64,000 nucleotides of DNA from Sphaeroforma arctica JP610 (taxonomy: Eukaryota). Location: positions 1-64,000 of the forward strand of contig NW_014040387.1 in assembly GCF_001186125.1 (NCBI RefSeq), written 5' to 3'. Position numbers and translations under genes: made by a program. Positions 56,777 to 64,000 of this stretch are shown here, piece by piece. The notes under the pieces were generated by a model. It saw only the letters and a list, made by a program, of their open reading frames with translations, was not told the DNA's origin and ran no database searches. Position 1 is the stretch's first letter, and each line of letters starts with the position of its first letter.

Positions 56777-59539
56777 TGCAATTTAGAGTTCTTGTCGCGT
56801 GATGTGCGCGTAGTGTGCTATTTTCCGTTATTCTCTAGCTTCAATAAACTCTTTCTATAAGTCCACACGTTTTTATATAGTAAAAATCAGTAGTTCACCT
56901 TTATGTTGGGCCTCTTTGTGGTGTTCAGTGTAGTAGTCTGATGTAGTGTCTTGCACTTGATCTGCTCAACTTGACGTTCTCTGTGACACCTGGGTTTATG
57001 TTGAGAGTTTTTGGGGTTAATATATACACTTTGGTTTATCTCGGTTTATTCGTTAACTTATGACACACTTGGTTTCTTGTGTGAACCCAGTTTATCGTGT
57101 TGACAACCTTGGTTTTTGGTTTGTATTTCGGTTACTATTAATTTATATTTGTCTCGTGACAATGTACCGCACTTCTTTGATTTAGGTAGTTGTTTGAGTA
57201 ATGGTGTCTTGTGGCCTAATGTCTGACCGTATGTGTTTGTGAATATGAATTATACGTCACTCCATTACTTGTAGTCTGTCTGTGTCTGTCTTTGTTGACC
57301 GTTGTATTCGTTGTTTATCCAACATGTATCGATCATGCGGAATGGATTGTTCCGGTTTGCTTCTACTTGTGGTATTATGTCGAGATGTTGTTTCTCTTTT
57401 GTCTTCGATTGCAGTGTGAAGTCGGCATGAAGTGTCTTGTTTGTAAGAGGCTTCTTCGTAGTTTCACTTTTTGTTTTCTATTGTACATTTTTAAAATAAT
57501 AATAATTTATGTACTGGTTTATTGTATTGTGATGTGTAATCTTGCTTGACCTGGTGCCTTGTTTTTTAGTATATGAATGTGTTGTGTGATCTCAATGTTA
57601 TCCTTCGATCTTGCTCTTGTACGCTAATTCACGTATTGGTGTGTTTGTTTTTCTTACCTGTATTGTCTCTGGAGTTGAGATTTAAGTGTCTTATTTGTGT
57701 TTCACTAAGATTGTCTCTGATATGGAGATGTTAAGTGATGCTAGTTTTGATTTGCGAAATTGGTTGTTTATTTCGTGATATTGGCTCTTGTGTTATTTGA
57801 ATGTGAGTGTTTCATGACATGTGTGTTATTGTACTTTTTACTTCAGTTCTCTGAAGTGGAGATGTATTTCCCACTTTATGTCTTTCCTTGGTCTTGGTTG
57901 TGTTGATGTGGATATGTACTTCATTAACTCATGCATGCATATGTGCTCTAATCTTGTTGTGTGGCCTGTGTATATCCGATTTGCTGAATCTCAGTGTATG
58001 GCTCATTTATTCTTGGCTCGTTCGATTAATTATCTATGATGTGTGTCTATTGTAGATTTATTGCTGCTCTGTTATCTCTTGTGTTCGCGTAGCGTACCTC
58101 TGGATTTGAGGTTTATCGTCTGAATTTTAGTGATGCTTAAGATCTCAATTTTATCTGATGTACAATTGCAATTGTTCTCTGATCTATTCTCAACTTGTCA
58201 GGTCTTTTATATTCGAGTTATTATCTTCGACTACTATTTTATGCCATTCCAAGTTGTAAGTGTCTAAGGTACAATATCGATTTCGATGTCGTGTTTTGTC
58301 TCAGTATTGATTCTGATGATATGTATAATTTCGAGATATTTATAAGTTGCCGCCTCGTTTGCGTTACCACGATGTCTTGCTATTTCTATTTGGCTTCGGG
58401 TCGTGTGTAACCTTCTCTATCTCTATGAACAATGTGTTGGAGATATTAAATCTTTTGTATATACGATTCTCTGTGTAACCGAGCCGTTGTGTGGTGTCCT
58501 GGTGGTGAGGATATTCTTTTGTCTGTTTGCGATCACAGGTTTCAGTACTAGAACTTTTGTCTCCAATATTGATACTATACTCACCTTGACACTGTCCCCA
58601 ATATTGATATTATATTCACCTTGACACTTTCCACCGAACTTCTTTGTCTCTTCCTCCAAAGTTGACTTTGTATATCTCTAGTTTATGGGCCGGTATCTTA
58701 TTGTGTTGTATTATGGCAATTACAGCACTGTCAAAATTATAAATAAAGAATAACACTATGGTTCTGCGAACCTTGTTTGGGGCGTATGCTTGCCTTTCTC
58801 AGAGAAGAAGCTTAGTCTTTCTTCCCAGTTCTTTTTTTTCTTGAGAGGACCTCACTTGGTCTCTTGATATTTGATTGTCAGCAGTGGCTCGTCTCTGAAG
58901 TAGACAACCTCTTTCTTGTTCCTCGTTATTGGTCCTCTTATGGTGTCTTCTATACTTATTTGAGTATTGGGGTACCTATGTCTGTTTCGACTGGTGTACA
59001 ACAGAGACTTTTCTTGTTGTTTGACTTACCGTAGTAAGGATATTGTAAAAAATGTAGAGTTTGAGAGTAGCTTACAAGATACGACCAATGGAAACAATAG
59101 ACCTCTTCTCAAATGCGAATCTCTCAGCTAGGTAAAAAGTCCCAGGCTGGAGGACTCGCATCGAGTCTTTGTTTGTGTTTGTTGTTTTCTACACTAGACT
59201 CAATTATTACTTAAGTGTTTCTCTCGCACGCGGGAGTCCCGGTATCATCTACCGGTATACCCGCTATATTTTTGATCACTTTATCATCAGAAATATTGGA
59301 TCCTAGATCCAAAGCTCAGTATTGGATAATCCTGGGTTTTGGGTTTAGTATTGGCTCTTTCGATAATCCGGTCCCTGTATGCTACATGACAATTATCACA
59401 ATCGGCCATAAATGATAGGAAAATTTGTGATAATGATCATACAGTCGGTGATGAAAATTGGAGAATGCTACTCAGTTTATTTACATACCACAAATATCCA
59501 TACATACAATACCTGACACAGAAGATGCAACTGACATGG

Positions 59540-60620
59540 TATACATATTACACGCAGACGGATTTCGTGTGTGCGCACACCCGCTGCAAGGAAACTGAAC
59601 CGCCAGTCGGTCCCCATGCCAGCTCGATCACATGAGAGTGCAATCCCAGTCGATTGGAAACCAACTGCACTGCCTTCAGGGGAACAGATTGCAAAGCAAC
59701 TCTTAGATACGATGCATCAATCGTTAAGGTTGTGTACACGGATGATGAAAATCAATGTTTGAAGTTAACTTCGCGGTTGTACGGGGTAACGGAATTTACC
59801 AAAAGCAAACTTCTAAACGAAATACACTAAGAGATTTTATCAAACAATGGTGTATACACGGGACACTGGGCAAATCGGTGTTCGCTGGCACTACTACAGG
59901 GAGATACAGCTATAGTGCCAGAACAACGTGCGCTATCCAAATCTGAAGCTGAACTCTTATACACGATTATACTTTCCGACGATTTGGAATAGCAATGGAA
60001 ACGTTCGTAATGGCCATAAGTAGTACAATTACAACGTATTAACTATTTCCAGGTGCCTTCATGGATGAAGCAACAGATCACTATTGAGAAACTTGAAACA
60101 AGAAGGAGAAGGTGTACCTCGACAGAATAAGTTATAAGTACGCATTCCTCACTCGTAAACAATTCGATGTTGGTCGTACCACACCGGGACAACCAAGTAT
60201 CAGTAAATACACACGCATATAAGAATGGTACAAAATTCAATAAAAATGATACTGATGGCTTAGTGCGTCAATCTATGTTCAGCGACACATTGTTTTCTAC
60301 ACCGAGTTACAATTTCTAAATGCCCGCGCGTTCTGACGTATATAGAAGAGATTTTAATAAGTACGATACATATTGTAATGGCTACACGTATTTTAAAGTG
60401 AAGTACTTGGGTGGTGGCAGGACACACATCGTACGTAGACCGGATGGGCAATAACTGTTGTAGCGATAGAACTAACGATGCTAGCGGGGAAGATCGAGAT
60501 GATTGTGTTATGTAGTCAAACGGGTCAACCCCTGTGAAAGTTCTCGATTTTCGGTGTCACTGTCAGTATATAATTGAGGCTTGGATTGCCTGATAGCCAA
60601 CAGCCCCGCTTATGAAAGAA
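59540..60620 (+). pseudogene. Probable decayed MULE/Mutator-like transposase
   Basis: A long frame broken by scattered stops gives DFVCAH...RGTDCKATL (resembling a FAR1/WRKY-GCM1-type DNA-binding domain), then YFKVKYLGGGRTHIV and, across a frameshift, FRCHCQY...LGLPDSQ (a degenerate SWIM CxCx(n)GLPCxH). No DDE core or TIRs recognised. Confidence 0.4.
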
Positions 60621-61117
60621 TTGCACTGTCATAGGATCAACTGAGACAGCTGCTTGTAGACAGACAGTTGTAGGTAAGAACAGTGAGCACTTCCTGAGCA
60701 TTAACATATGACGGTAAGTAGGTGGTTAAGAAGAACATGGTCAAGCGATTGTAATGGACACGTTTGGAGTCCAAATACGTAACGCATCGACAGCCGCAAA
60801 GAGAGCATCCAAGCTTACATACGATCAACTACTACAAATCAGTTTGCTGTCATAAGACAGTAGCCTTTGACTAGAGGTATGTGATGGGCCTTACCTCTGG
60901 GGTAGGGCATGGCCATGTTTATTCATACCTTGTGCCGTACAAAAGACGGATGGTACACCATTATCATAGATATGCCGGCCGGATGGGAGCGTGACGTGCT
61001 CGTAATAACAACCCTGAATTATGGGAGTTAGGGCACTACATGATTAATTGGTGTGATGGGTGTGAGGAAAGTCACCAAACTTTCAAGTTTCTAGTTAAGG
61101 GCAATAAGGTGCGACTC

Positions 61118-61393
61118 CAAATCTATAATCAACATCCTATATAAATCATCGTTCCTGCCAATAGGAAGAAACTAGTGAAGGAGGTGCGAGTAAGAGTGTG
61201 TCAACAGAAGCGAGTGTGGGGGCGAATGATAACGACAATCCACGATATTAAACACAAATCTATAATCAACATCCTATATAAATCATCGTTCCTGCCAATA
61301 GGAAGAAACTAGTGAAGGAGGTGCGAGTACGAGTGTGTCAACAGAAGCGAGTGTGGGGGCGAATGATAACGACAATCCACGATATTAAACACA
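61118..61393. repeat. Near-perfect 137-bp tandem duplication
   Basis: caaatctataatcaacatcc...gatattaaacac at 61118 and 61255, with one visible mismatch (gtaag vs gtacg). Confidence 0.95.
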
Positions 61394-64000
61394 TCAAACC
61401 GTCGACACATAGTTCGGTCCCTCTATATCAACTCAAGGTACACAGCAGTATTGGTAGGCAAGACAAGTGAATGGCATGTTATATCAATTATATAAGATAT
61501 ACAATGAGATGCCTCTAGTATATATCGACGCAATTTTGGCCGAGTATCACTGGCCAAATTTGCATCAGTTTATGTCTATTGCTGCAAGTGGCAGGACTAA
61601 AGAAGCAGAACGAATGCGGTCTCATGGTCATGAGAGAACAGAGCCCAAAAATATGCATTCAATATTTAAAAGCTATCCACAAATATTGAATTGATTCTTG
61701 TGATACGGTGCAAAGCACGGTTCAAGATAGTACTACATTAAGGTTTCGGTAATTCTAGTTGCTGGACGCGGCACGAGTTTGCGAAGAATCGAGGTGTAAT
61801 ACATTTGCTTGCTTTATTGCGGAAAGAGGCGCCTAGTATAAGATGTTGCCAAGAGATACAAAAACACAATGTGTCGGTTTTCTATGTAGCTGCGAGGTCA
61901 ATTAATTTTTGGGGATCCGGCAGCTCAGCAAGCAACTATGAATCTTCCACGTGTACTAACGCCTAAACAGCACAGCATTACGCAGGAAGGAAGGAAACTC
62001 ATTTAGATAGAGAGAACGACACCCACTACTACCGAAATCGGTTTAAGATAGTCAATTGCTACCTTGGCTGAGGGGTGAACATGTGAGTTCAGATAGGATT
62101 GACAACTTTAACAAGTAGAAGCCACGCGAAGGTGTCGGCTCAAGGCCAGATTCTACTTGTCTGCGTGTGCTCAAAAATGAAGACAAGACACAGCACGAGA
62201 TTGACCTCACCGTCTGCAGCTCGATTCATGGTTGTAGTTCATATTGTTTGCGGAAGCTATATGCTAAAACTTTAGATAACGGTGGAAAAAGTCGATGTTT
62301 TGGAGTGCCGATTAGGTTTTGGCACAGAGAATAAATTAGTACCAGCGAGATGTTATAGAAGATTAGTATGCTCTATCAAAATAAAGTATGATTTTGCTAA
62401 TGTTGAGTACAAGCGTGTCATCCTCGAGTAACACAAGACTCTACTCGATTGTTGGTTGGTGTGGTAAATACGATATGCAGGTCATCTTAAGGATGTATAA
62501 CGACACACCTACTGTAAAAGGGGTTGTCAAAGAGTGGTGTGAGCAAATTTTCACTCAGAAGGAGCAATTTAAATATAAATCACATGATGAGGAAGAAGAA
62601 TATGTGCCAATATTGGATGATACGTGAAAGAGTAGCTTAGAGGGGGAGACGGCTGATGAGAATAGACACGTTTGGATGGTATTGCACTTGAAACACGCTG
62701 TATGCTTCAGCAGTCAGGTCTATATGTGAACAGAAATGATCACATGCAGAAAATCTGTGGCTCCGTAGTAAGATATTCATATAAAGGCGAAATTAGTGAA
62801 CATGAAGCCCAGGATATATTCCGAAAAGTAATTGACAGACTTTTGACTGAGGGTACTAGCATGGAATCATTGGCAATCAATCTGAATATGGTCATACTCG
62901 AATCACGAGAATTGACAGCTGGGAGTCCTTCATGTGTCTGAGTGATGAAAATATGTACATATGCACGCATGTTTCTACGTATTTCACTGGATGTCGATAG
63001 ACATCACGTAGAAAAGAAGGGAGACAGAGCAACTATGGCTGCGAGGGGCAATTAATGTGATAACATAGGAATAAAAACAATGCTTTCGATCAATATCTCG
63101 ATGTTAAGGACAAAATTGAAACGGATTGGGATGACTACCATGCTCAAAATCGGGTGAAAGTAGAAGAGTATGATGAATTAGAGAACACTGTTGAGCAGGC
63201 GCTTTCGTATTCTTTTCATGATTATAATGTGAAGAAAACTGCCAAACACAATGGCATTCCGTTTACTATCATGATATGTAGAATGTGAACAGGCCGTTGG
63301 ACGAGAAATACTGCAGGACAACAATACACACAACGGCGCATACAGATGCGGCTAGTGGGAACGTAGGTGGATCAACAATGGATAAAATCGCACAATTCAG
63401 TCGATCAGCAATGAAATACGTATCCGTTGTAGAAGGTGGTAGTTCAATGACTTTTGCGAAGACACAACAGCAATACTCTATAGCCATTCTAATAATATTG
63501 GATATGTTTCATGTGCAGGAAGCAGATCATGGGCCATTTAGGTCAAAGGTGCAGTGATTGTATTGCCAAGGACATACATCCTGCTGTCGGTCGTTTGGAG
63601 GCCATGATATTAGTTGAGTCTTCAAAACAGTTCTCGACACTCAACTCATCTAGTTGCCAACCATAATTCTTTCAGATCACACACCTGGCCCCGTTTGCAC
63701 AAAATTTTACCATTTGCACAACTTCTACATATGTGTGCATAAGAGGCAGAAACATGAAGACACTTGTTTGCATTTTATAATATCAAATATAAAAGGGGTA
63801 AACACAAAATTGATGATTAGTCAGACAAAACGACTAAATGACAAGTTACACCGCATACACCGACACCAATCGAGAAACGGAATGATTGCGTGATACACTG
63901 ATGCATAGACGATTTTGTAATATCGGCATCTCTCTATCAGTCTAATCTATATATAGTTGAGGAATCGATCAAAAGAAATTGTGCGCAGACAAGGTACGTA

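Noticed and set aside
61467..63893. Short ORFs at the right end of the window
   Set aside because: They look like decayed coding sequence, but I recognised no domain or consistent splice structure.

Overview
Eukaryotic nuclear DNA with GT-AG introns stuffed with (AT)n/(AC)n microsatellites and several N gaps. The proteins look opisthokont, and a unicellular holozoan such as an ichthyosporean is my unverified guess. I could splice by hand: the last exon of a Cof-type HAD hydrolase, eIF3e (6 exons, minus), prefoldin 2 (3 exons, plus, divergent from eIF3e), NTMT1/Tae1 (3 exons, minus), a ~1,880-aa PHD-like finger protein that is mostly disordered (about 9 exons, plus), an intronless 181-aa conserved protein, an unknown minus-strand gene or pseudogene at 44-46 kb, and DPH1 (6 exons, plus). 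The right end holds a decayed Ty3/gypsy retrotransposon and a probable decayed MULE-like transposase. The standout is a circularly permuted tRNA-Leu(UAG) gene at 46549-46637. Its 3' half lies upstream of its 5' half, its leader and trailer pair into a bulge-helix-bulge-like splice motif at the canonical 37/38 site, and a T8 terminator follows. A second theme is repeated local duplication of exon and intron boundaries, including a whole 97-nt intron multiplied four times.
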